A stretch of DNA of 64,000 nucleotides, from assembly GCF_006345805.1 (NCBI RefSeq), contig NC_043023.1:3100001-3164000 (forward strand), written 5' to 3'. Positions 1-12,219 of this stretch are shown here, piece after piece. The number at the start of each line of letters is the position of its first letter. The first letter of the stretch is position 1. The position numbers and the translations under genes are program-made. The DNA is from Octopus sinensis (taxonomy: Eukaryota). The notes below the pieces were generated by a model that did not search any database, was not told the DNA's origin, and saw nothing but the letters and a program-made list of their open reading frames with translations.

Positions 1-34
1 ATCTACATATATATGTATATATATGTGAGTATTA

Positions 35-67
<33 letters not shown>

Positions 68-100
68 GTTGTTATTATTATTATATTATTATTATTATTA

Positions 101-131
<31 letters not shown>

Positions 132-152
132 GTCATCATCATCATCATCATC

Positions 153-191
<39 letters not shown>

Positions 192-348
192 TGGAGAGAG
201 AGAGATACATAGATGTATATATACTCACATAACTTATATGTATACATATAGACATATACATATGCAAATACATGTTATATATTAATGTATACATACACAC
301 GTGTGTGTGTGCATATGCATATATATATATATATATGCATAAATATAA

Positions 349-383
<35 letters not shown>

Positions 384-830
384 TCATCATTATCATAAAC
401 GATGATGATATATATATATATGTATATATATTTATATTTATGCATATATATATATGTATACATATATATATATTGTTTATATGCATATATATATATACAT
501 ATATACTCACACACACCCACATTCATATGTATGTATATATGTATAATACATGTGCATATATACACATATCCATAGCATGCATATATAGATAAACACATAC
601 ACATCCTCTCACAAACACATGTGTGGGCATGTGGTTATGTATGTACACGTACTATATATATGTATATATATATATGTGTGTTTATGATACCCCCCCTCAC
701 ACACACATACATACATATATATTTTCAGTTTCATAAAATGTTACATGTATGTATGCATGTGTGTATATATAAATATATTATTCTACATCATGTATCGGGT
801 TTTTTATGGCTAGTTTTTGATGGCTGAGTA
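1..830. repeat. Compound microsatellite field (TTA)n/(TCA)n/(TA)n/(CA)n
   Basis: Directly visible simple repeats; the ORFs here are I/Y/L-rich repeat translations. Confidence 0.97.
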
Positions 831-984
831 TAGAAACTAAGTTGTGTAAAGAACTAAAGAAACTCAGCAGGAGTCTCCTTGGTTGGTTTTTAGTAAAGTC
901 TGTCTTCTCTTGGAGAATTATGGTAAGGAAATTCTGTTCTGGTAATTCATTGTTGATGCTGTTGTTGTTGTCCTTCTTCTTCTT

Positions 985-1425
985 GTTATTTAGCCCCAGG
1001 TCAATCTTGATCCAACAGACCTATGATCAAAGATGTTCAAGCTGTGATCATTGCATTCTTTATTCAGGCATAGTGTATCTAGGACTACATTATCTGATGT
1101 ACAGTATAGAAGTCAGTATTAATGGCTATAGTTTTTGTTATTGCTGTTGTTGTTGTTTAGCCCCAGGTCAGTCCTGATCTGGTAGACCTATGCTCAAAGA
1201 TATTCCAGTTGTGACCATCCCATCTTTTAGCCACACATAGTGTATCTAGGAGTACATTATCTAATGTATAATATAGTACTTTGTATTAGTGGTTATGGTT
1301 GTTGTTGTTGTTGTTGCTTAGCCCTAGGCCAGTCCTAATCCAGTCGACATATGATCAGAGATGTTCCAGTTGTGACCATCCCATCTTTTATTCAGGCATA
1401 GTGTATCTAGGACTACATTATCTAC
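985..1425 (-). repeat. Family F short repeat, three diverged tandem copies (~165 bp) with (CAA)n tails
   Basis: Block tttagccccaggtca...gacctatgatcaaaga..ttccag.tgtgaccat...tagtgtatctagga.tacattatct recurs at ~990, ~1155 and ~1318, each preceded by (gtt)n. Three more copies lie at 26480-26860. Confidence 0.8.
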
Positions 1426-1600
1426 ATTTCATTTGTCTTTACGTTCTGAGTTCAAGTTCTACTGAGGTTGACTTTGCCTACCATCCTTTTGGGGTCAGCA
1501 AATTAAGTAACTGTTGAGCAGTGGGGTTACTGTAATCAACTAACCCTAACCCCTAAAATTTGAGGCCTTCTGCCTATAGTGCAAAGAATTATCACCATCA
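1425..1600 (+). mobile_element. SINE family B, 5'-truncated degenerate copy
   Basis: B-box-like gagttcaagttc, body ctttgcct...catcctttt.ggggtc...aagta and tail ggcctt.tgcctatagt...gaattat. Confidence 0.75.
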
Positions 1601-1680
1601 TTATTATTATTATCATAATTATTATTATTATCATTACCATCATCATTGTTATAATTATTAATATTATTATTATTATTATT

Positions 1681-2817
1681 GGGTGAGAGAGCAGTGCATG
1701 CCATCAAAGTGACACTGGGGTAAAATATAAGAAGCCCAGTATACCCATCATGACTACCCGTCTGATAAGGGTACACTAGGCACATGCATCACAACCATAT
1801 GTGCACGACATGGTGATCTCATATCAAGATAAACAGCACATGACCTTGCAGGTGGGGCCCAGTTAGAATTTTCTTCTGGTTGATTAGCCCATCCCGCTCA
1901 AAAGGTCCCTGAATCTGGGCTGTTTAAGGATATTGAACAAACCACCCATGTTTCCAGAGGTGAATAATTCAAACCCCAAAGAATCCCTCTCAACACATGG
2001 CTATGATACTCCCCCACTACTTCTGCTTGTCATCAGAGATGCACATGTCATCAGCCACTAAGGGACATGCTCAACTGGTTAAGGTCAAACAACTGACAAG
2101 CAAATCTGTGGTATTGAGCGGAATATTTGCTGTAGCCCATCTTTTATACCAAGACAAAACAACGTACATGATAACATTTCCAATCAGTTAAGATCAGAAG
2201 CCACGAGAGCCACTGCATGGTACTGCATCAGGGAATTTATTATTAATATTATTATTATTATATTGGGTGAGAGAGCAGTGCATGCCATCAAAGTGACACT
2301 GGGGTAAAATATAAGAAGCCCAGTATACCCATCATGACTACCCGTCTGATAAGGGTACACTAGGCACATGCATCACAACCATATGTGCACGACATGGTGA
2401 TCTCATATCAAGATAAACAGCACATGACCTTGCAGGTGGGGCCCAGTTAGAATTTTCTTCTGGTTGATTAGCCCATCCCGCTCAAAAGGTCCCTGAATCT
2501 GGGCTGTTTAAGGATATTGAACAAACCACCCATGTTTCCAGAGGTGAATATTCAAACCCCAAAGAATCCCTCTCAACACATGGCTATGATACTCCCCCAC
2601 TACTTCTGCTTGTCATCAGAGATGCACATGTCATCAGCCACTAAGGGACATGCTCAACTGGTTAAGGTCAAACAACTGACAAGCAAATCTGTGGTATTGA
2701 GCGGAATATTTGCTGTAGCCCATCTTTTATACCAAGACAAAACAACGTACATGATAACATTTCCAATCAGTTAAGATCAGAAGCCACGAGAGCCACTGCA
2801 TGGTACTGCATCAGGGA

Positions 2818-2821
<4 letters not shown>
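1681..2821 (-). mobile_element. Family E non-coding element (~557 bp, (TAA)n tail), head-to-tail dimer
   Basis: 1681-2238 and 2265-2821 are near-identical (period 584 bp). Each ends in ...gctctctcacccAATAATAAT on the minus strand and is embedded in (TTA)n. A third copy lies at 4518-5075. Confidence 0.85.
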
Positions 2822-2884
<63 letters not shown>

Positions 2885-3027
2885 GTTGTTGTTGTTGTTG
2901 TTATTACTAAGGCAGTGAGCTTGTAGAATCATGAACACGCCAAAGTGCTTAGTAGCATTTCACCTGTCCTTACGTTCTAAGTTCAAATTCTACTGAGGTC
3001 ATTATTATTATCATTATTATTATTATT

Positions 3028-3650
3028 CAGTAGTTTTATTTTTATAGCGTGCTTTCACTTCACTACCAAGCGCAGCTCTGTGTGCCTTGGGTATGTGCTG
3101 TGGTTTGCTGTGATGCTCTGACGGTTACTGTATTGAAAGTGTTCTGCGTAGGATGTGTGCAGTGCCTAGTAGTGCAATTTTCTGTATGTTATATGTGTTT
3201 GTAAGTCCTGGTGTTTTTGTTATGTATTTGTCCGAATATTTTTTTATCATGCCTAATGCACCTACTATGATAGGAATTGTTTCTGTTTTTAGATTAAACA
3301 TTCTGGTTACCTCTATTTCCAGGTCTTTGTATTTTGAGAGTTTCTCCATTTCTTTTAGAGACACATTGTCATCTGCTGGTATTGATTCATCAATTAGAAA
3401 GCAACTTTTTTCTTCATTATCTCTGACAACTATATCTGGTCTGTTGGCCTTAATTTCTCTGTCTGTGTGTATTGGCATATCCCAGAGTATGGTTGCTTTC
3501 TCATTTTCTGTGACCTTCTCTGGTGTGTGCTTATACCATCTTTTTTCTCTTGTTATTCCATAGTGTTGGCATAGCTTCCAGTGTGTGTAGGTCCCAACTC
3601 TGTCGTGTCTGTAAATACATTCCATCTTAGCCAAGACTGGGCAGCCATCG
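3028..3650 (-). mobile_element. R4/Dong-clade non-LTR retrotransposon, 5'-truncated 3' fragment (restriction-like endonuclease domain plus 3' UTR) in a (TAA)n tract
   Basis: ORF 3125-~3650 gives GCPVLAK..RHDRVG..HWKLC, ILWDMPIHTDREIKANRPDIVV..LIDESIP..EKLSKYKDL..PIIVGALG..IQKIALLGTAHILRR, the PD-(D/E)xK RLE typical of R4/Dong. The 3' end abuts (TAA)n at 3001-3027. Confidence 0.92.
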
Positions 3651-3840
3651 TTAGCACACCAGACAAAATGCTTAGGGGCATTTCGGCTGTCTTTAAATTC
3701 CATAGAGGTCAATCTTTAGCTTTCATCCCTTCTGGGTCGATAAACTTAGTACCAGTTGACTACTAGGGTTGATGTATTTGACTCATCCCCCAACTACGAA
3801 ATCTCTGGCCTTGTACCAAAATTTGGAACCATTATTATTA
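3640..3840 (+). mobile_element. SINE family B copy abutting the truncated 5' end of the Dong element
   Basis: atcgttagcacacc...aaatgcttag...catttc..aaattcc..gaggtcaa..ctttcatccc..gggtcgataaac.tagtaccagtt matches the other B copies. Confidence 0.75.
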
Positions 3841-3927
3841 TTATAGTTTGGCTGAGTATCCTCCATTAAGCCTCTTTATACTGAAACATCTTCAGTCATA
3901 CGTCATGTGACTATAACATCATCCTAA

Positions 3928-4303
3928 TCTCTCTATATATAAAGCTGAAGTTGTCTGTGTATGGCAGGTTTGGTATCCTTCAACTAACACTATCTCCTCC
4001 AAGACCCTGCGGCACAAGTTGACCAAAATTGAGAGTATGATAGAAGAAGGCTTGCTCTTCCTTCCGTAGAAGACCATGTTAACACCAAAAATTATCTACA
4101 TCAAAATGATGCTTTTTTTCTATGAAAATCCCTATTTTTTACGATTTTTTTACAGCTGTGTCACCATTTTTTGGTGTATTTCAACCTGAAAAATGTTCAC
4201 TTAAAGAGAATATCAAGCTACATAATGCAAAATTTTTACTTTTCAAAAATTCCAATTCTAAAAGGTCGAAACAAACCCGAGCAACGCTGGGCGATACTGC
4301 TAG
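3928..4303 (+). mobile_element. Non-autonomous Helitron (376 bp)
   Basis: Starts with TC after an A, has the subterminal hairpin cccgagcaacgctggg (4276-4291), ends in CTAG before a T, and has no TSD. The empty A|T site is present in a paralogous segment at 5281|5282. Confidence 0.92.
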
Positions 4304-4479
4304 TATTGTGACAGAAGTTGGTATTACTTTATAACTTGGAATTACTTATTGCCTTCCTGGACACTAACCGAAACCATAATTGTTCCAAGGAGAAAGTAAC
4401 TGAAGGTCTTATATTGGAATAAAGAAGTCTTATTCCAGTTTTTAACTTTGGTATATTTCCTTCATTATAGTTATTATTT

Positions 4480-4517
<38 letters not shown>

Positions 4518-5075
4518 GAGTGTGAGAGCAGTGCATGCCATCAAAGTGACACTGGGGTAAAATATACGAAGCCCAGTATACCCATCATGACTACCCATCT
4601 GATAAGGGTACACTAGGCACATGCATCATAACCACATGTGCGCAATATGGTGATCTCATATCAAGATAAACAGCACATGACCTTGCAGGTGGGGCCCAGT
4701 TAGAATTTCCTTCTGGTCAAGTAACCCATCCCGCTCAAAAGGTCCCTGAATAAGGGTTGTTTAAGGATGTTGAGCGAAACACCCATGTTTCCAGAGGTGA
4801 ATTATTCAAACCCCAAAGAATCCCTCTCAACACATGACCATGATGCTCCCCCACTACTTCTGTTTGTGATCAGAGATGCACATATCATCAGCCACTAATG
4901 GACATGCTCAACTGGTTATGGTCAAACAACTGACAAGCAAATCTGTGGTATTGAGCGGAATATTTGCTGTAGCCCATCTTTTATACCAAGACAAAACAAT
5001 GTACATGATAACACTTCCAATCAGTTAAGATCAGAAGCCATGAGAGCCACTGCCTGGTACTGCATAAGGGCATTT
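4518..5075 (-). mobile_element. Family E element, older diverged copy
   Basis: Colinear with 1681-2238 over its full length with scattered substitutions; (TAA)n tail at 4480-4517. Confidence 0.85.
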
Positions 5076-5469
5076 CATCTGTCTACATTCTGAGTTCAAA
5101 TTCCACAGAGGTCAATCTTTGCCTTTCATCCTTTCTGGGTTGATAAACTAAGTACCAGTTGGCCTTGTACCAAAATTTGAAACCATTATTATTATTATGG
5201 TTTGGTTGAGTGTCCTCCATTAAGCCCCTTTATACTGAAGCATCTGCAGGCATATGTCATGTGACTATGACATCATCCTAATATTGTGATAGAAGTTGGT
5301 ATTACTTTATTGAATTAGAATTACTTATTAGAATTACTTATTGCCTTCCTGGAGACTAACCCAAACCATAATTGTTCCAAGAAGAAAGTAACTGAAGGTC
5401 TTATATTGGAATAAAAAGACTTATTCCGGTTGTTAACTTTGGTACATTTCCTTCATTATTGTTATTATT

Positions 5470-5721
5470 TTCATCATCATCATCATCATCATCATCATTA
5501 TTATTATTATCATTATTATTATCATCATTATTATCATTATTATTATTATCATTATTATTATCATCATTATTATTATTATCATTATTATTATTATCATTTT
5601 TATTATCATTATAATATTATTATTATTATCATTATTATTATCATCATTATTATTATCATTATTATTATCATCATTATTATTATTATTATTATCATTATTA
5701 TTATTATTATCATTTTTATTA

Positions 5722-5754
<33 letters not shown>

Positions 5755-5765
5755 CATTTTTATTA

Positions 5766-5799
<34 letters not shown>

Positions 5800-5870
5800 C
5801 ATTATTATTATCACTATTATTATCATTATTATCATTATTATTATTATTATTATTATCATTATTATTATTA

Positions 5871-5901
<31 letters not shown>

Positions 5902-5959
5902 CATCATTATTATTATCACTATTATTATCATTATTATTATTATTATCATTATTATATTA

Positions 5960-5993
<34 letters not shown>

Positions 5994-6034
5994 CATTATT
6001 ATTATCATTCTTCTTATTATTATTATTATCATTA

Positions 6035-6073
<39 letters not shown>

Positions 6074-6267
6074 CATTTTAGTATATTATCATTATTATAT
6101 TATTATTTTATTTATTATCATTATTTTTATCACTATTATTATCATTATTATCATTATTATTATTATTATTCATTAATATTATTATCATTATTATTATTAT
6201 TATTATTATTATTTTATATCATTATTATTTCCTATCATTATTATCATTCTTCTTCTTCTTATTATTA

Positions 6268-6308
<41 letters not shown>

Positions 6309-6310
6309 GA
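5470..6310. repeat. Long (ATT/ATC)n trinucleotide microsatellite
   Basis: Directly visible. Confidence 0.98.
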
Positions 6311-6679
6311 TTAACTATCTCACCTCAACATTGCTAGCCTTGTGTCAGATATAACTATTGTTATATTATTATTATTATTATTGTTGTTGTTGTTGTTGTT
6401 ATTATTAGTATCATTATTGTGGTTGTTGTTTGGAATAGGATTTACCATTTCATGTGTTCTGCGGCAACGACAGACAGTAAAATTTTGGTCATAACCAAAA
6501 AAAGCCATTTAGAAGACGATATAAAACCCCAAAACCACAAAATATAAAGACGCTACCCCCACCCTGCTCCAATCACCGCCACACCCCCTCCCCACCTTTA
6601 GACATTATTTTTGTAACAGAAATAAAATGTTTTGTCATAAAAGCAAGCAACAGAACAACCTGCTCTCTTCCTGTCTTTA

Positions 6680-6831
6680 TATGAATGTATATACATGTGT
6701 ATATATGTGTATATTTTCTATACAGAAATATGTATACATATATTATTCATATATATATATATATATATTTCATATTTACATATATTTACTTGTGTGTGTG
6801 TGTGTATACATACATACATATATAGATATAT

Positions 6832-6870
<39 letters not shown>

Positions 6871-6937
6871 CATACACACACAGACATATATATACATACA
6901 AACATACATATATATATATATATACACACGTACATAC

Positions 6938-6976
<39 letters not shown>

Positions 6977-6979
6977 CAT

Positions 6980-7076
<97 letters not shown>

Positions 7077-7400
7077 TATAAGCCCATTCCACCCTATCTA
7101 TCTATCTATCGAACTCTATATACAGATAGATAGATAGATAGATAGATAGACAGGCAGACAGGCAGAAAGACACAGAGAGATATAGATAGACAGATAGATA
7201 GATAGATAGATTTAGACACAGAGACGAGAAAATTACATAGATGACGGACTTTTCTCTCTAGTTATCTATCTTTCTATTTATCTTTATATCTATTTGTTGA
7301 TCTATCTATTTATCTCTCACTCTAAACACACACACACATATATACACATATTGATAGACATACATATACATACATATATATACATATATATATATCCATA
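6680..7400. repeat. (TA)n/(CA)n/(GATA)n microsatellite field
   Basis: Directly visible. Confidence 0.96.
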
Positions 7401-7619
7401 AGCTATATACTCACCTGTTTTCATTTCCTACTCACCACATATTCCCCTCCCCCACCCCACACCGTACTACACACCATGTTGGTATATTCTGAAGAGAAGG
7501 GAATATTTTGTCACCGTTTCCATGGAGATGCACCATCCAACTTTACCATCCATCTCCCTATCCCCACCATCTCTCGGCCGCTGCCGACTCCACATCTATA
7601 GCACTGGGGAAGGGGGGTC

Positions 7620-7965
7620 ATGATGGTGGTTGTACTGATTGTGGTAGTGGTGGTTGTGGTGGTTATGGTAGTGACTGTGGTTGTTGTGATGGTGGTTGCT
7701 GTTGTAGCAATGCTGGTAGTAGTGATGGTTATGGTACTGGTTGTGGTGGTGGTGGTTGCGGTTGCGGTGCTTTTGGTGGTTGTTGCAGTTATAGTTGTAG
7801 TAGCAGTGGTTATGGTGGTGACAGTGATAATGGTGGTGGTGGTGGTGATAGTGGCAGTGGTGGAGATGGTGGTGACACTGGTTGTTATAGTGGTTGTGAT
7901 GGCGGTAGTAGCAGTGGTGGTTGTATTTGTGCTTACAGTTGCAGTTGTGATGGTGGTGGTGATGT
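7620..7965. repeat. Degenerate (GGT/GTT/GAT)n microsatellite
   Basis: Directly visible; explains the poly-Val/Thr/His/Gly ORFs. Confidence 0.93.
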
Positions 7966-8319
7966 TTATGCAAGGTGCTCCCAGAGGAAGCCGACAAATA
8001 ATCAATGACATTCCCGCCTTGACCATCATCCCTCTATAGAGCTGTTGCATTCAAAGACCTGTTGACGTTACCAATTACTGAAACACAGCATTTCATTTGA
8101 AGGACATTTAGCTGCTATTTCTAGCATGATGTGATCACTACTTTCCCTCCTACTTCATATCAGCCTGAGTTTGTTATTGTTGCTGTTGTTGTAGATTTAT
8201 GATAGAATATTAATGATGTTGAACATGTTTGGCCAGGTAGGGGTCACTGATATTAAATACGAATAGGAATATCATATTTAGAGCAGCATATACACAGAGA
8301 TGTGTGTGTATATCATCAT

Positions 8320-8790
8320 CATCATCATCATCATCATTTAACGTCCGCTTCCCATGCTAGCATGGGTTGGACGGTTCAACTGGGGTCTGGGGAGCCCGAA
8401 GGCTGCACCAGGCCAGTCAGATCTGGCAGTGTTTCTACAGCTGGATGCCCTTCCTAACGCCAACCACTCCGAGAGTGTAGTGGGTGATTTTATGTGCCAC
8501 CGACACAGGTGCCAGACGAGGCTGGCAAACGGCCACGCTCGGATGGTGTTTTTGTTGTGCCACCGACACAGGTGCCAGACGAGGCTGGCAGACGGCCACG
8601 CTCGGATGGTGTTTTTATGTGCCACCGACACAGGTGCCAGATGAGGCTGGCGAACGGCCACGATCGGATGGTGTTTGTTAGGTGCCCACAGCACGGAGGC
8701 CAGTCGATGCGGTACTGGCTACGGCCACGTTCGGATGATTTTCTTGTGTGCCACCGGCACTGGTACCACAAAGATACAAATTCCATTGAT
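8320..8790 (-). mobile_element. Family C element (RTE 3' UTR derivative) with internal ~60-bp VNTR and (GAT)n tail
   Basis: Reverse complement of ggttggcgttaggaagggcatccagctgtag...aacccatgctagcatgg..gcggacgttaaatgatgatg, plus repeats of tgtgccaccgacacaggtgccagacgaggctgg. Confidence 0.88.
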
Positions 8791-9134
8791 GTTCATCTAT
8801 TTTGGGGGTACAAAGGGCTCCTTAGCCGTAGTGAAGGCAATCTGTCTAGGGAGATAACCTTACAATAAATCACTCGGTCCGTAGCTTAGAAATACTGGGT
8901 TGACGTCCAGCGGGAACAGCTTTGTTTCATGGAGGAGGAAAGATCTTCTTTAGTACTTGGTTCTACAATGCTTTCCAATGTGTGTAGTAGTGGCGCGCGC
9001 ACACATTATTAGCCATTTGAAAAGACTATGGAATTTACAATTAACTGCACCAGGGTTCCTCTTCCCCAGGGATCCAGACCTAATGGTATACCTGCGGATA
9101 TAGGTCCAGCCCCTGCTTTGCCGGGTCCTGTCTC

Positions 9135-9272
9135 TGATCACGTTCTCCAGGGATACAGGCATCCAGCAACAGGACCTCCGTAATGCCATGATGGATCATG
9201 AAGTCTGGCGTAGCATGGTAAATTCCATTGTCTCGACCATGGTCGAACAATGATGATGATGATGATGTATAT
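9135..9272 (+). mobile_element. Short 3' end of an RTE-clade LINE with (GAT)n tail
   Basis: Encodes ..RDTGIQQQDLRNAMMDHEVWRSMVNSIVSTMVEQ*; same family as 45740-46416. Confidence 0.85.
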
Positions 9273-9295
9273 ATATGTATGTATGTGTGTGTGTG

Positions 9296-9325
<30 letters not shown>

Positions 9326-9327
<2 letters not shown>

Positions 9328-9538
9328 CTCTTTTACTTGTTTCAGTCATTTGACTGTGGCCATACTGGAGCACCGCCTTTAATCGAGCAACTCGACCCCG
9401 GGACTTATTCTTTTGTAAGCCTATTACTTATTCTATTGATGTCTTTTGCCGAACTGCTAGGTGACGGGGACATAAACACACCAGCATCGGTTGTCAAACA
9501 ATGGTGGGGGGACAAACATAGACACACAAACACACACA

Positions 9539-9588
<50 letters not shown>

Positions 9589-10127
9589 CATATACATATA
9601 TACGACGGGCTTCTTTCAGTTTCCGTCTACCAAATCCACTCACAAGGCTTTGGTCATCCCGAGGCTATAGTAGAAGACACTTGCCCAAGGTGCCATGCAT
9701 TAAGACAGAACCCGGAACCATGTGGTTGGTAAACAAGCTACTTACCACACAGCCACTCCTGCGCCTATATATGTATGTATATATACTCTTTTACTTGTTT
9801 CAGTCATTTGACTGTCGCCATGCTGGAGCACCGCCTTTAGTTGAACAAATTGACTCCAGGACTTGTTCTTTGTAATCCTAGTACTTATTCTATTGGTCTC
9901 TTTTGCCGAACTGCTAACACACCAACATTGGTTGTCAAGCGATATTGGTGGGGACAAACACAGACACACAAACATATACACACACATACATATATGCAAT
10001 GGGCTTCTTTCAGTTTCCATCTACCGAATCCACTCACAAAGCTTTGCTCGGCCTGAGGCTCTAGTAGTACCAGGAACTATGTGGTTGATAAGCAACCTAC
10101 TTACCACACAGCCACTCCTGCGCCTAT
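9326..10127 (-). mobile_element. Two adjacent SINE family A copies (tRNA-like head, internal (TA)n/(TG)n, (AAAAGAGT)n tail)
   Basis: Reverse complement of ggcgcaggagtggctgtgtggtaag (A box)..ggttc.gtc (B box)..ccttgggcaagtgtctt..gaaactgaaagaagccc..aaaggcggtgctccagcatggcc.cagtcaaatgactgaaacaagtaaaagag. Confidence 0.9.
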
Positions 10128-10129
10128 GT

Positions 10130-11045
10130 ATGTATGTATATATAGCATATGTGTGTGTGTATTAATATATTTGTATATATGCTTATGTGTATATACACAC
10201 ATACACATGCTTATATGTAAGTATGTATGTATGTTAATATATTTGTATATATGTTTGTGTGTGAATGTGTACATGTACATATATTTATACACATACGCGT
10301 GAGTATTTTCACCTGCATAAATATGTTTCTATGTACATGTGTGCATATGTGAGTGCGTGTAAACACATATGTATATATACATATATATATACACACATAT
10401 ATGCATACATACATGTACATATATATATATATGTATGCATACATATGTATATAATTGCATATATATATATATAATATATATATATATATATACATATACA
10501 TACACATATATATATACATTTATATGAATATTTATACATATATATACATACTTAAATATATATATTTGTATATACATAAATTTGAATATATATATATACA
10601 TATATACATATACATGCACATATATATACATTTATATGAATATTTATACATATATAAATACATACTTAAATATATATATTTGTATATACATAAATTTGAA
10701 TATATATATATATATATATACATATACATACACATATATATATATACATTTATATGATTTATACATATATATACATACTTAAATATATATATTTGTATAT
10801 ACATAAATTTGAACATATATATATATATACATATACATACACATATATATATATACATTTATATGAATATTTATACATATATATATATATATATACATAC
10901 TTAAATATATATATTTGTATATACATAAATTTGAATATATATATATATATATACATATGCGCATAGGTATTATGTCTACACGTTTGTATAAACACATATT
11001 CTCTCTCTCTCCCTCTCTTACACAAACACACACACACACACACAC
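10130..11045. repeat. (TA)n field containing four copies of a ~110-118 bp microsatellite-derived minisatellite
   Basis: Unit catttatatgaatatttatacat..acttaaatatatatatttgtatatacataaatttgaa recurs near 10517, 10629, 10747 and 10856. Confidence 0.88.
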
Positions 11046-11834
11046 AAAGCTATAATGTTTGGCTAACCATATAAAAGACATAACAGTGGAACTTTATATT
11101 AACACATGACAAATTTTCTTGCAAAATTCTTCAGGATATTTTTTTTTTCCACTTTTATTTGTCATTTTTTTTTTTTTTTTTTCTTTGAAAATCCTTTTCC
11201 ATTTTCCATCTCATTTTTATTTCTTCACATTTTTCCAAGACTGAAACATTCCAGAATCTTCTGCCATTCTTTCTCTTTTGCCGTTTCATTGTCGTTCTCC
11301 ACTAAATGTCTTTCTAATTGGCTTTGGTTCCAACACAACAGCAGGCAGGCTGCTTACCGATTCTGTCGTTGTTCTTCTTCCGTATAACTATGGAATTGTT
11401 AATAATGGTTTAAAAGGATATACATACATATGAATGTGTGTGTGTGTGTATGTTTATAAATACACGCACACATAGACACATACACACACACATATATATA
11501 TATAGACATACATGTGGACTGTGTACCTGTATGTGTGTATGTGTGTTATACATGTGAATATATATCTATGTATTTATATGTGTGTGTCTGTATGTATGTG
11601 TGTGTTTGTGTATACATACATATATATATAGAGAGAGAGAGAGATAGATAGATATATATAGATATATATATATATATAGATATAGATATATATAGATATA
11701 TGTATATATATATATGTGTGTGTGTATGTATGTATATATATATATATGTATGTATATAATATATATATATGTATATATGTATATATATATGTATGTATGT
11801 ATGTTGTATGTACATATGAATATGTGTGTGTATC

Positions 11835-11867
<33 letters not shown>

Positions 11868-11904
11868 CTTTTATATATTTTATATATATATATTAATTTT
11901 TTAA

Positions 11905-11944
<40 letters not shown>

Positions 11945-12219
11945 CAAATTTATGGTTATGTATATATGTATGTGTGTGTATATATGTAAGAAATTATAAT
12001 GAAATGATCAAAGAAAGAATGAAAGAACGAAAGAAAAGAAAGAAAAAAGAATGAAAAAGAAAGGAAGAAGGTAACAAATGAATGAAGGAAATTTATCAAA
12101 GAAATTCTTAGAAATTGGCTGAAATTTCAAGATGGGAGACTAAGAAACAAGAATCTTACATAATATCTTCTTGGGGGGTTTGGTGGAGCGCCAAGGTGCT
12201 TTGTTTTGTGTAATAATCA

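Noticed and set aside
893-921. Other plus-strand micro-exon candidates (893-921, 28678-28697, 61883-61900)
   Set aside because: Plausible splice signals, but such matches are expected by chance in AT-rich DNA and they cannot be linked into a recognisable protein.
1540-1560. taaccctaacccctaa as telomeric repeat
   Set aside because: Only about two units, inside the tail region of a SINE B copy.
3651-3712. N-terminal part of the 195-aa ORF (MTSMEFKDSRNAPKHFVWCAN)
   Set aside because: It is antisense SINE B sequence fused to the truncated Dong ORF and is not part of the retrotransposon protein.
7400-7600. Cluster of strong minus-strand donors (caggtgagt) and acceptors
   Set aside because: No combination gave a convincing open, phase-consistent exon.
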